Assembly (NCBI RefSeq): GCF_964355755.1
Contig: NC_092679.1
Coordinates: 340,201-404,200 of the forward strand
DNA length: 64,000 nt
Reading direction: 5' to 3'
From: Antedon mediterranea
Lineage: Eukaryota; Animalia; Echinodermata
A program made the position numbers and the translations under genes. The notes under the pieces were generated by a model that worked only from the letters and a program-made list of their open reading frames with translations, was not told where the DNA came from and did not search any database. Of this stretch, positions 25,380 through 58,100 are shown one piece after another (the first letter of the stretch is position 1; every line of letters begins with the position of its first letter).

Positions 25380-28300
25380 TCATGCCAGCGATACTGGCTG
25401 GAAATATGCACTTATTTTCCTCATTTTTGGAGTTGTAGGCTGCAGGGAAAAAACAAAAAATAATTATACAGTACTGTACTTACTTATGTACTGAAAGTTG
25501 ATTCTGAATCAAGTACGAAATATAATTTTTAAAATGATAAAACGATTTTACTCACTTGGGATGATACAGGGGATGATGGTCTACTGTTGCTAGGTGAGAA
25601 ACAAATATCATCTCTATCAGGTGACCTGACCTTTCGTTTGTATGTGGATGGACTTGGTAGATCCCGTTTCTTTAAGTTGCTGCTTCGTTTTGGAGAACCT
25701 TTTGCTAATTCACTGGCTGCCATAACATCAGCTGAATCTGAACTCAGTTTTTTAGAAAGTTCTTTCAGCCAGTTAGCTTTCACTTTACGAGATTCACTAG
25801 ATTTTGTGTTATTCCAAACTTGCGGAAGTTCTTTCTCTCGTTTTTCTAAATCAATTACTCTGTTAGGAAGATTTGCCGTTGGGGATAAGTACATTCTTAC
25901 AATGTTTTGGTTTTTTACACGTTTTGGTGAGTCAAATTGATTTGTATTATCTGAGTTACTTTCACTTGACTGTTCCTTATGAGAATCAAAACAAACCGGT
26001 GAGTTCTCCTTGTTCACTTTCGACGCATCATTTGTTGAAATTCGTTGAATTGCTAAAATTGGTTTCAAAACTGTATTCTCCGTTTTGTTTTCTTCATTAG
26101 TTTCCGTTGCATTATCCAAATTGTTTTTAATTGAGTTTTCTACAATTTGTTTGCTTTCTTTTTCTTGCCGCTTCCAACATGTTTTAAGAGAAATATCTTT
26201 GAGTATTTTCTTCTGTTTGTGCTTGACTACGGAGAAAAGATTAGCTGTGCCGGTGGGAAGGTTGGCCGTCACTCCCTCAATTGAATTTGTGTTGTTATTC
26301 GTGTGAATATCTCGTTGGCTGGATCCAAAACACTTTATCTGTTTTGTTACAGTATCTGTGATTTCAATATAAATACAATTAGTAATTTGATAGTTACTGT
26401 ACAATAATGTGAAAATGTGAATATAGTTTACAATTTAACAAATTAAATTACAGTTGATAAAACCACAAACCTTTGATCTCCATAGTTACAACTTCAGATG
26501 TTCCCACAATGCTTTGCTCTGGATTATCAGCAGGTGAAATTGATGCATCCGACCTCCAAAGACGGAATGTGTTATCATCTGCGCATGTCATTATCTTACG
26601 AAAATCCTCTGGACACCACGACACAGAAGTGACCTCTCCTTGGTGACCTGTTAGTTTTGCCACTGGACACTCTGACCCAACCTATGAATGAAAGACAAAA
26701 TGTAGATAACTAAATTTGCTCATGCATGTGGGTGATGGCAGGAATGAATTGTCCAGCCAATCACATATTCCTGTCAATGCACAGTAAAGAATCACACAAA
26801 CATACCTTCCATATATAAGCATTATTATCACTAGAACCACTTAATAGATATTGTCCATCTGCTGACAGGCATGATTTCACATAGAAGGTGGCATTCTGGT
26901 GACCTCTGTAGGTTGACACAGGGTTCAATGATGATGACATTAGATTGTATTCGTAGATGATGTCATCGGTACAACTAGCGTACAAATGACTACATGTTGG
27001 GTCAAGGGTCAAACAAGAGTAACCTATAGGAAAATTAATAAAAAAACTCATACAAGATTTAAATATTAAATTTTGAAATATAGATATCTATACAAGTTTC
27101 TTTACTTGCTCAAAATTAGAGGAAAAAATAGTTAGATAAAATTAACAGACAAAATGGAATTCCAATGAAGGGACAAACAGAATAAAAAATAAGGCAATCT
27201 CAAAATGAATACAAAATGCACATTAATTTGTCAATTAACTTGTTGAAGTACAAGTTAGTGTTGCTTACCATGTTGTCTCATGCTATCCCCAGCATAGGCA
27301 TATTCTCTTAGAGGTTTTCTTGCTGTGCCATGATAAGACTTCCGTAGGTCCCACATCTTAATTGAACTGTAAAGAGAAAATATCCATTATCAAATCATTG
27401 TCAGAGTCAGTTGCTTATTTAAGAATAAAGTTATTTGTAAATTAAAGAGAAATTACCCATCAGTAGCACCAGACGTTAGCAGAAAGTTTTCATCTTGGAA
27501 GACAACAGATGTCACACTTTGTTGCGAATCACGTGCAGGCTTGGTCTCACTTAAGCGTCGTCTTCGCTTACTTTTTGGTGGTTTAAGCACGGCAGGATCG
27601 GTATGAGCACAGTGTATCATTTTTACTGGAGCATAACTACCATTTTCTGTAAAAGACAAGATATTTGATTGATCTAGCAGAGTACTTGATTTGGTGTGTA
27701 CCATGGAGAAAAAAGTTTAGCTTTGTAAATACATTAATGTATTGAAAGAAAATATTTACCTCTTTGATGACATCTTAGATCCCAGACCATAACATTGCCA
27801 TCCCTAGCTCCTGTTGCCATTATGCTGTTGTTATGCTTGCTCACTGCAATTGACTTCAAACTACACGAGTGACCTTTCATGGTTGCTATCGAAACATGTT
27901 TCTCAATATCCCAGACAACTGCGCTCTGATCACCTGATGCGGTTACAAGTTTGGAGGAGTCATTCAGCCATGCTAGATCAAATATTGCATTGTTGTGTGC
28001 AGGAAAGGCTGTAAATGAAAACTTTTATTAAAATGTGAAGTTCAAAATTTGGTTAATAGGGCAGAGCCGTTATATGGCACAATCGAAGACTAGGTGACTG
28101 GTCATAGCATCATTATACCATAAAATATCTATATGTATTGGACTCTCAATGATAATACATGATTGTTAATAATCAGTTAAATCAATGAGTTTAAATTTCA
28201 CAGATTACTTTTTTTAATTTGATTAACAATTTACCCCTCATGACAGATTTTTCAGCGAGTCTTGAATCAAGTAGCCTGACGACACCGTCTTCATCAGCAA

Positions 28301-28839
28301 TGGCTGCAATGTTTCCATATCCACTTTTTGGGCAAAACTTGCACACAAACGGAGGTACAACAATGCCTGGTTCAATGCTGTCTACTTCATGCTCATCGTG
28401 TCGATAGCAGTTAAAAGATTTGATAATTGGATCATAGATAGGCAAGTCATTATTACCTATAAATAAAAGGTGATTCATCTTAACACTGCAATAAACATAT
28501 TAATAATGGATTTCTGTTGTATACAATAAAAATAGACAATGAATAATTTTAGGCTAGGCCTATATTTTAATTAATGAATGATACAAATTCAGTACAGAAA
28601 TACAAATGTTTTTGTATAGGCCTATTACTAGGCCTAGTAACTTACATAGCCTACCTAGAGACCTGCCCTAATTAATTAGGCTGGACTACACTAGTGACTA
28701 GCTTACACTAGAGTAGATTAATTTCACTGGAGGCCAGGCGATCCTACCTCGAGGTAGGGAGGTAGGTAGGAAGGAAGTAAGTAGGCTACTTACTACTATT
28801 AAAATTACACAGCTGTCGACGGTGAATCCAGCGTATCAT
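25380..28839 (-). CDS. DTL: Denticleless / CDT2 WD40 CRL4 substrate receptor, 9 coding exons, ~697 aa
   Basis: Exons 28794-28839, 28235-28456, 27760-28008, 27457-27646, 27269-27366, 26806-27023, 26471-26681, 25556-26355, 25380-25439 (sum 2094 nt). Motifs: PPFVCKF, AHNNAIFDLAW, TASGDQS, GHSCSLKS, GARDGNVMVWDLR, GHQNATFYVKS, GHQGEVTSV, SPTANLPN and C-terminal PIP box MRKISAYF. Confidence 0.92.
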
Positions 28840-28894
28840 CGTAAAATATTAAATATGAATGATAAATATAACAATTATGGCGACAATTTACACA

Positions 28895-28970
28895 TCAAAT
28901 CGCGCCGGTTTTGTGGAGGCTCGAATCTAGTTCCGTTACGATATCGTCGTTAGATTTCGCGCGAAAAATT
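28895..28970. promoter_or_regulatory. E2F sites in the DTL/ZNRD2 bidirectional promoter
   Basis: Palindromic TTTCGCGCGAAA at 28955-28966 and TCGCGCC near 28900, in a CpG-rich patch 60-130 bp upstream of the DTL ATG. DTL is an established E2F target. Confidence 0.65.
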
Positions 28971-29557
28971 CATTGAATGGTTCCAGTTCAATGAGCATTA
29001 TAACAACAAAAGAAATCAAAATACCTCCCTCTATAATATATTGTCAAAGGAGCGCTAGATGTGTGTGACGTGTGTAAACCTAAAACTACAGGTTAATTTT
29101 TAAAGGTAATATACATGTTTTGAAAATATATAATAGAATGAAAGTTAAACACCATTAACTAAAAGCATAATTGTTCTTAAAAAAAGCCAAGTATGTATAA
29201 CGTAGTAGTACTCTAGCCTAGAGTCTACTAGCTAGAGGTCTAAGCCTACCTACTTAAGTTTCTACTACTCTCTAGGAGCCTAGCTAGGCTAGTAGGACCT
29301 CGAGAGGGATGCCTGATGAGGGTCAGGTCTAGTTAGGCCAGACAAGCAAAAAGAAGTTTCTAGAAATGTCATTCGTAATTATGGTATAAAAAGTCTGTAT
29401 AAACAATGAACACACACAGTTTGAATTGTAGATCTTATTCGTTTGTTTTTACAGATAAATGTACCTTTTATTATGAATTAATTACAATCATTCATAATTT
29501 ATTATTATTAATATAATTTTTATTTTTAGCATTTATTGACATTACGCAGTAAAGAAA

Positions 29558-30413
29558 ATGGCAGAAATGGATGATTGGCGACCCCCAACAGAGGCAGAGA
29601 TGAAGGTCATTGAAGCCAAACGGGAACGGTCGGATAAAATAAGTAAACTTATGGGGGATTATTTATTGAAAGGTTACAAAATGCTGGGCACATGTTGTCC
29701 AACATGTACAGTAAGTTTCAATGAAATACATGATATCCTCATGAAATTATATTGGTATACAATAACAGATAACCTATTACCCTAATATGAATCCTTCCTT
29801 TTCTTATTGCAGACCATTTTGTTACGTGATAAGCAAAAGAACGACTACTGTGTGGCTTGCAATGAGTTGGACACAGAACATGCAAAAGATAACCCTGGTA
29901 AATACATTCACAACCTCTTTTTTCTGCATTCAGATACGATTTATTTGTCTCTCCGAGTTCAAATTCATCAACTTTGTGTTTATTATATTAATTAACTGAA
30001 ATTTTCCAATATATTGTTTGAATTTACTTAAGTCATTAATTTTCACCACATAATTTTCAGTTCTAAGTGAAGCAGCAGCAAGGTCAATAGTTCAAGAAGG
30101 TCAACGACCTCAAGTTCAAAATGGTCATGTAAACGGAACAAGCTGTGTGTCACAGGAGACATCAGCTGTTAAAAGGAAATGGGATTCGCCTATTGAACGC
30201 CCTCAATTTAGAAACAGTCAGCACTCTGAATTATCCCTCGAGTCTGTCGTCGGTGGATCGATAGATGTCGTCTGCGAGAAGTTAGCATGGGCACGCGATG
30301 AACTGAGATCTAGCAATTCTATTGAAGTCAGTCTCAAAATTTGTGAGCTAATGAAACTGTGTGCAGAGACTATAGTGACTTTAAAACATGCTGGACAAGC
30401 TGCTGATTTATGA
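29558..30413 (+). CDS. ZNRD2: Zinc ribbon domain-containing 2 / Sjogren syndrome-scleroderma autoantigen 1, 3 coding exons, ~196 aa
   Basis: Exons 29558-29710, 29813-29897, 30061-30413 (sum 591 nt). The sequence RERSDKISKLMGDYLLKGYKMLGTCCPTCT-ILLRDKQKNDYCVAC...KDNP matches the SSSCA1 zinc ribbon, followed by a C-terminal KLAWA...SIE helix. Confidence 0.9.
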
Positions 30414-31030
30414 TGCTTATAGTGGTAATGCATAATATTTGTAATTAATTATCCCATTAAAGGGCCTTTCACACCTATTCCGGCACAGTTCCAGTTCGGC
30501 GCTGGTAAATCAAAGCGAAAATCTGGGTTGTTTTCATGCGGCTATGCGCATATCGATTGTTGCTGTTGGGTTAATCAAGGTTACAATACTGTTAAATTAG
30601 TGAATGAAGGTTCAGGATTACTGCATGTGTAGGCAAGCTAGGCCTTCTGCCTCCTTTTTAGCAATACAAAAAATCCTGAGAGAAAATGATCTATTGATGG
30701 ATTATGACTATCACATTTATCTCTACCATGAAGAGAAAATATTTACAAAACACTGTTAAAACTAGTGTACAAGTGTACACTTTTGTGTTATAAATTAGCA
30801 AATTACTGTATGCTTTCTACTGGCAGCTTTGCTCCAAACATTTAAGTTGTTAAATTGCTGCATTGACATAAAAAAAAAAGAACTACAAATTATTTTCAAA
30901 TTTTATTTACAGGTTGTTGTCTTGTTTACATAAATTATACTGGAAGTTTTGCAAATAAATACAGGGAAATTATTTGTACAAAAGTAAAACTTTAGCAAAT
31001 TAAAAAACAAGATTTAATAACAAGATTTAA

Positions 31031-31656
31031 AGCCCCATTCCCTACGTTTTTTAGATCTAATTTAAGATCACAAACTATATTTAATGTAAAAATAATACTA
31101 TATGGTCCTATTGCGATAACTTTTTTCGTCTTTAAACGGTTAAAAATGTGAAAAATAAGTAGATTCTAATAATTATAGCGGCCCGCTATAAATCCCAAAA
31201 TGCATTGCGCGCGGATTGATATTTTTGTTTTTCACCTGTAATTCGCCCACTTTTCGATTGATCGTGAGGCCAAAACAAATGGAAGGCTCCTAACTTTTCA
31301 GCGAAAATACCGGGTTTTCCCCAATTTGTATCAACGGAGTCTGGCAAAAATAGAAAGACTATTAATGCAGCAACTGTACAACGTCAGGCTAGGTATATAG
31401 CTAGCGTACGATGTTCGTACGTTACCGATGTTTACCAGCTAGGCCTACAAAACTAAGCCTAGCTAGGCTAGGCCTAAGACCGTCCAACGAGAGGTCGATC
31501 GCCGCGAGCTACTAGGTAGTGCATTGTTTCTCACTTTTTATCATAATTTACCATAAAACGTACATTTAAGACAAGGAATGACATGGTTTGATGTTTTTAA
31601 AGTGATATATATGTATTATTTTCCAAAAAACGTCCAAAATTGCAGGGAAGGGGTCT
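31031..31656. mobile_element. Non-autonomous TTAA-targeting DNA transposon (Kolobok-like)
   Basis: TTAA|AGCCCCATTCCCTAC ... GCAGGGAAGGGGTCT|TTAA: imperfect TIR with AG..CT termini and a CpG-richer interior. Confidence 0.7.
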
Positions 31657-31949
31657 TTAATAACAAGCATTAATAACAAGCTTTAATAACAAGCTTTAAT
31701 ACTGTTAGTACTGATCTTTTCAAATATTTTTTTCTCATTTTGGAGTGAAATATAATTTGTATTCTATTTGTTATATACAAGTTTACAGCCTGTAACAATG
31801 GAATGCAGCTATCTCTATTAATGATCCTAAGTATCTAATAATATAAAAGAGACTTTAATTGCAATAGCAAACTCATGGTCCTTTTCATATTGAAAATGAT
31901 AATGACTTGAGTGAGTTGAATGTTTTCGTTTAAATTATATTATTTCAAG

Positions 31950-32470
31950 TAAAGCTCTCTACACTATCAACATTTATGTGACAAAAAAATGTGATGTGCC
32001 CATATATGGACATGATGATAATCACTACCATGTTAGGGCACATCAAACTTTTTTTTGTCAAACTAGTTTGATAGTGTAGACAGAGCTTTATGCAATAGTC
32101 TATTCAATATTATTTCCATTCAACGTAGTTTAGCCACAACATACAGATTAAAACTAGTTTGATAGTGTAGACATAGCTTTATGCAATAGTCTATTCAATA
32201 TTATTTCCATTCAACGTAGTTTAGCCACAACATACAGATTAAAACTAGTTTGATAGTGTAGACATAGCTTTATGCAATAGTCTATTCAATATTATTTCCA
32301 TTCAACGTAGTTTAGCCACAACATACAGATTAAAACTAGTTTGATTGTGTAGACAGAGCTTTATGCAATAGTCTATTCAATATCATTTCCAGCATAGCAT
32401 AGTAGATTAGCCACAACATATAGATATTAATACATATCAAAACTAGCTTGATAGTGTAGACAGAGCTTTA
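31950..32470. mobile_element. MITE family A copy followed by tandem 91-bp duplications of its right TIR plus flank
   Basis: Full MITE at 31950-32090, then AAACTAGTTTGATAGTGTAGACATAGCTTTATGCAATAGTC... repeated about four times, just downstream of the GCN2 stop. Confidence 0.85.
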
Positions 32471-32531
32471 GACTATCTACGTTTGAAATTCAAGTTTTGA
32501 AATTGTTCTTTATTTTGTTTTCAACCGCTCC

Positions 32532-52945
<20,414 letters not shown>

Positions 52946-53302
52946 GTCATAAAGTAAATATATAGACTGTGGGAATCCACGGTTTATTAAATATCATTGC
53001 TACATTGGTTTATTATTATGTTTAATTTAAAGAAATATAAAATATATCGTCTGCGATTGTGTCACATTTGTTTTCCTCTTGATGACCTCAAGACTGACCT
53101 TTTCTCCATTAAACCATCGATGCAAAAGTAAAAGTTATATTTGCAAGTAAATATCTTTTTAATAAAGTATAATAATTTAAAATCTAGTCATTATTCATTA
53201 AACATTTAATTATATCAGTCATAATGCACTATTAAACAATTTAGGCCTGATTCTGTATTCATTTTATAAGAAAGGCTGGATCGAGGGTCCACAATTTCCA
53301 AC

Positions 53303-53713
53303 ATGGCGACTTCCATGGATGTTGAACAAACAAACCAAAACACACCAAAAGAAAAGCTTAAAATAGACTCAAATGAATTTATATTACGGAAAAGACTTCC
53401 TCCAAAGTTACCTAAACGTCAAAATGACATTTATATCAATACTAAAACGGATTTTAATGCACAACTTCAGCGATGCCGGAAAATACTTGATTCAGGCTGT
53501 GATGACGTAACTATTCACGGTCTTGGAGCAGCTGTCAACCGGGCGATCAACCTTGCGTTGCGGGTACAAGAGCTTTCACAGGGATCGCTAGAATTGGCCG
53601 TTAACACCTCTACCGTTGAACTAACAGACGACATTGTTGGAGATGGAGAAATAACAACTAGAGAAAGAAACAATTCTGCTGTTCATATTAAAATTTACAA
53701 ACATGAACATTAA
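53303..53713 (+). CDS. POP7: RNase P/MRP subunit p20 (Rpp20, Alba fold), single coding exon, 136 aa
   Basis: LRKRLPPKLPKRQNDIYINTKTDFNAQLQRC...IHGLGAAVNRAINLAL...NTSTVELTDD...RNNSAVHIKI are signature Rpp20 segments. Head-to-head with GCN2; the two ATGs are ~360 bp apart. Confidence 0.93.
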   Translation: MATSMDVEQTNQNTPKEKLKIDSNEFILRKRLPPKLPKRQNDIYINTKTDFNAQLQRCRKILDSGCDDVTIHGLGAAVNRAINLALRVQELSQGSLELAVNTSTVELTDDIVGDGEITTRERNNSAVHIKIYKHEH

Positions 53714-55156
53714 TTTAAATACAGATTTGAGAGTGAGAACTACAGTGCTTGTAATATAATAATCTAGCCTAAATAGAGTATTAATCAATAGTACAGATCA
53801 GAGGTTTACACTGAAGTGAAAGGAATCTAACAATAAACTGTTCATAACTGGGTATATAGAAAGGGGAAAATATGTTATACTAAAACTTACTACAGTATAA
53901 ACGGATAATAAATAACCAGAAAATGAACACAGACACTTTTTCTCAGGGTTGTTCCACAACCATATAGTTTATTCAAGTGCACTCAGATTGACTCAACTAG
54001 GTTTTAGTACAAATACGATCAAACTTTAGCGTTAAGTAAACTTTTACTTACTTGGCACTGAACTCTAAAGTTTGATTAACTCAAATGTTAGTGTAGAATA
54101 AAATAAAACTTGTTAGACCTACAGTATTTTTAAAACATGACATTATGAACCATAATTAAACCATAGTTAATTGAAAGTATTTACTATGATTTAACTATTA
54201 AGACTCAATGAATGGATCTATACATATTATTAAGGACCCGTTGTTCACATCACATTTCACAAAAAATATGCGCATATCTTACTACGCATATTGTTCATCG
54301 CATCTTCAATAATTACAATAAAACCGCCATATTTACATTAGACCTATTAGGCCTATTACATACGTCAGAACATTGTTAATAGTAAACGTAAATGAGTAAC
54401 CGCTATCAATCAAGTTTATCGGTAACTCATAGCTATAGCATCAGTTTAGTTGAACAGAATTAACTTTAAGACGACCACCTCTAATTAAACACCATAGTTT
54501 GAAGAAACTGTTGGCACTATATAGAGTTTAATTAGGTGGAAAAAAACAAACGAAACGAGTAAAAGAAAATGCTAGATGCTATAAATTGTTGCAAAAGTTT
54601 CCGCCCACTTCATGATCGATAATCCAATAATGACAATATTAAAATATATTATTAGTCACAAAATAATAACTTGAATATAATAGTACGCATGATTTTCGTC
54701 ACACCAATTACTAATAAAATAAATAGTTGAGAGCAATCATCAATTACGTAATGTTTAACATTAATGATAAATTGAGACAATTCAATTCTCAAAGTTAGTT
54801 TTTTTTTTAAATGTACATATTAAAATAAAACCTCAACTTGACTGATTTACCTTATAAATATATAAAATCGTTGGTGTGATATTTATAATGCCTAATTCGT
54901 TGAACCTTTTTTTTACACCCTTATGTGTGGTTCTTGAGTCAGTCTATAACCCGCATGTCAACACGGAAACATTCCGTTCAAAATAGCATGGAAAAACAAA
55001 TGATATATGCCTATTTGTAAGCCCAATGGAAAAATAATAGTAGCGCACTTGGGAATTTTCCTGGAAAAAGTTGTACGCTGCATGTGCTGTTAATGCACGT
55101 CTCGTGGACGACGGTGTTTATATCAAGGAGTACACGTGGCAGACTTCTAATTACTT

Positions 55157-58100
55157 CTAATAACACCGTAAACGCATAACATTTTCAGAAAATTTTCCCT
55201 TTCCAATACGAGCTGCTTTTGAACTTTTTTTCTTCATAATGTAGTATGCATCATTGCTTAGTAAAATAATCCGTTCTGAAAAAAATAAATAAAACTTAAA
55301 TCCGACATACTAAAACATGACAAAATCATAAATGATAAAAAAAATAAATAGTATACGAACTTGACATAAATCATGCCCATATAATATGGACATGATGATT
55401 ACATAACTATCCTATTTAATTATATCACTACCATATTTGGGTACATCACACCTTTTTTTTTTAGTGTAGACAGAACTTTAAGTTATTTGCAAACTTTAAC
55501 TATGGAACGCCTCCGCTGCCTTCAGTTCACATTCATCATGCAGTACACACCAATCATACGTACTGTTAATATAAAATGCAGAAGTAACTCTTGCCGGTGC
55601 TCCTTTCCATAACTTTAACGTCGTCGTAGGATATCCTCTATCTACCCGTTTTAGCCTTTCATCAAATCGCCATACAAATGGTCCTTTAAAGAAATATGTC
55701 TTTTTTGTTTTCGGTATTGTCATCACCGCATCGATTCCTGAGTGCGGTATACGTGGATATCGTGTACTTATAGGTTGTTTGAATTTATTGAGATAAAAAT
55801 CGGAATATTCGTAGTAATATGAACCTGGAAATAAATAGAAAATATCAATTAATAGCGGTATGATTTTGGAGTTATCAGTTTGTATTTTATTACCGTGCGT
55901 AAATAGGGTTCAGCCTTTTCAATGATGTATACATCATGGGAGCTCTGTCTACACTATCAAACTTGATGTGCTCATATATGGACATGATGATGTCATATCA
56001 CTAGCTTAAGTGCAACCAAGACGCGATGATCATCCGAATTGTCGCCTTTGATAGGTCAACGAGCGCGCGTCGCTATTTACGTTCTTGCGTTGCGTCCTAG
56101 TAGGCTTAAGCTTGGTTCCCACTAGAGACGCAACGCGAGGACGTAGACGCAACGCAAGTGAGTTGGCCAATGACAACCAACACATCGAATAATTTATTGC
56201 TTGTGATTGTTCAGATCCCTTAAGTTGCGTTGCGTTACGTCTCTAGCGGCAACCACGCTTTAAGATATGCAGAGGAAGCATCAATGTTACGTTAAATACA
56301 AACTTTTTTGTGAAGAAAAGCACAATAATAAGTATGATTATAAAACAAATCTTCAAGATATTAAAGAATCATATTTAATACAAGTGTACTTTTGTCGGGG
56401 TGACAAATGGCACGAAGGGCTTCCATCTAGGAAATCTCCTTACGACGACGACTAACTAATGATAGATGTTTGAGCCTCCGAATGATGATTAAATTGTCTA
56501 GACACATCAAATCACACAAACTACCAACGAATGCATTTAAATGTATTGATATAATATTTCCCTTGTTAAATTACATTTTGATTGCATTATATTAATAGAA
56601 CAAGTCCAACCTTCACAATAATGAGTTCATGATATATTTAATAGAACAAGTCCAACCTTCACAAAAATGAGTTCATGATATATTTAATAGAACAAGTCCA
56701 ACCTTCACAATAATGAGTTCGTGATATATTTAATAGAACAAGTCAAACCTTCACAATAATGAGTTCATGATATATTTAAATTTATGATAATTTTTGACTC
56801 AATTAATGGAATCTATTTTCCCATACTATAATTTTGTTTTTTTGTAGATATGGGTATTTTTAGATTTAACTGCTTACTAAGTTCCATTTTAAACTTAGTT
56901 CCCACTAGGGATGAAACGCAAGGACGTACGTGCAAAGCAAAAAAAATTTGACCAATCACGACGCTATGGATCATCCGAATTGTCGCTTGTAATTGGCCAA
57001 TCCATTTGCGTTGTACGCACCTACGTCCTGCATTGTGTCCAATTAGGAAACCAACGAGAGTATAAGAATGCCTACATTTAAAAAAAACTCAATTTACAAA
57101 CCTTTAAAAAATATTAATTTTCCGTCCGTCGGCCTTTCATACGCTGCTTCGATTGGAGTCGGAAGAAGTCGGAAGAACGTAGACGCCACGTGACCCTCTT
57201 GTGGACTAACTAATTCGCCTTTGTGAGAAACTCTCCAAAATTTATGACTCTGAGGTAAAATAGAATTGTAATTTATTAAATTGAACATAATAGTACAAAT
57301 ACGGTGACACAAAGGGCCAAATTGCATGTTTTATATTGCATTTAATTCAATATATTAAATTTCATGGTTGTTTGGTATATCTACACTATCAAATTTTATG
57401 TGACAAACAATTTGATTTGCTCATATATGGACATGATGATGTCATATCACTACTTTGGGCATATCAATACCATATTTGGGCACATTACACTTTTGTTGTC
57501 ATACTAGTTTGATAGTGTAGACAGAGCTTTACAGAAGTTTACATTAAAACAATTATTGGTTTACTTACATCGAAGCTAAATAATTCTCCTCGGATTGCAA
57601 TAGTGGCATCGAATCCTGGGTCACAATATGGCTTTTTGATTTTTATTGGTTTTTTATTTGTAGGCAGACCTGTAAAAATAACAATGATTCTATTTAATCT
57701 TAAAGCTAGTATTCTTTTTAGGAATCATCATAACAATTTGAAGCGAATTAGTATGATTATGTAGAACATTAAAATCTAATAATTGTTAGACATTCGGAGT
57801 ATGATTATTTTAAACCTTGTAAACTATAGATGTTGTCTATAATACACAGAATTATATTATTACTCCATAATAGTAGATGCTTGTATTACGTATTATTACT
57901 CCATAATAGTAGATGCTTGTATTACGTATTATTTCTCTTGATTTATCAACCGATACAGATCTTCTTAATGGGTCATCTATCATAAATAATAACTAATATA
58001 CGCCTAAACAATCAAGAAAAATATGTATAGCACAGTATAATGCATAATTACGAAACACTAACCATATAAATCTTGAATTCCAGCTATATCATCTTTAGAG

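Noticed and set aside
25587-26306. Plus-strand ORFs overlapping DTL, and similar antisense ORFs over the other genes
   Set aside because: Antisense shadows of real coding exons with no independent motifs.
28935-29060. Alternative DTL first exons further upstream
   Set aside because: Candidate frames contain stops; exon 28794-28839 (MIRWIHRRQLCNFNS) fits the phase and has a GTAAGT donor.
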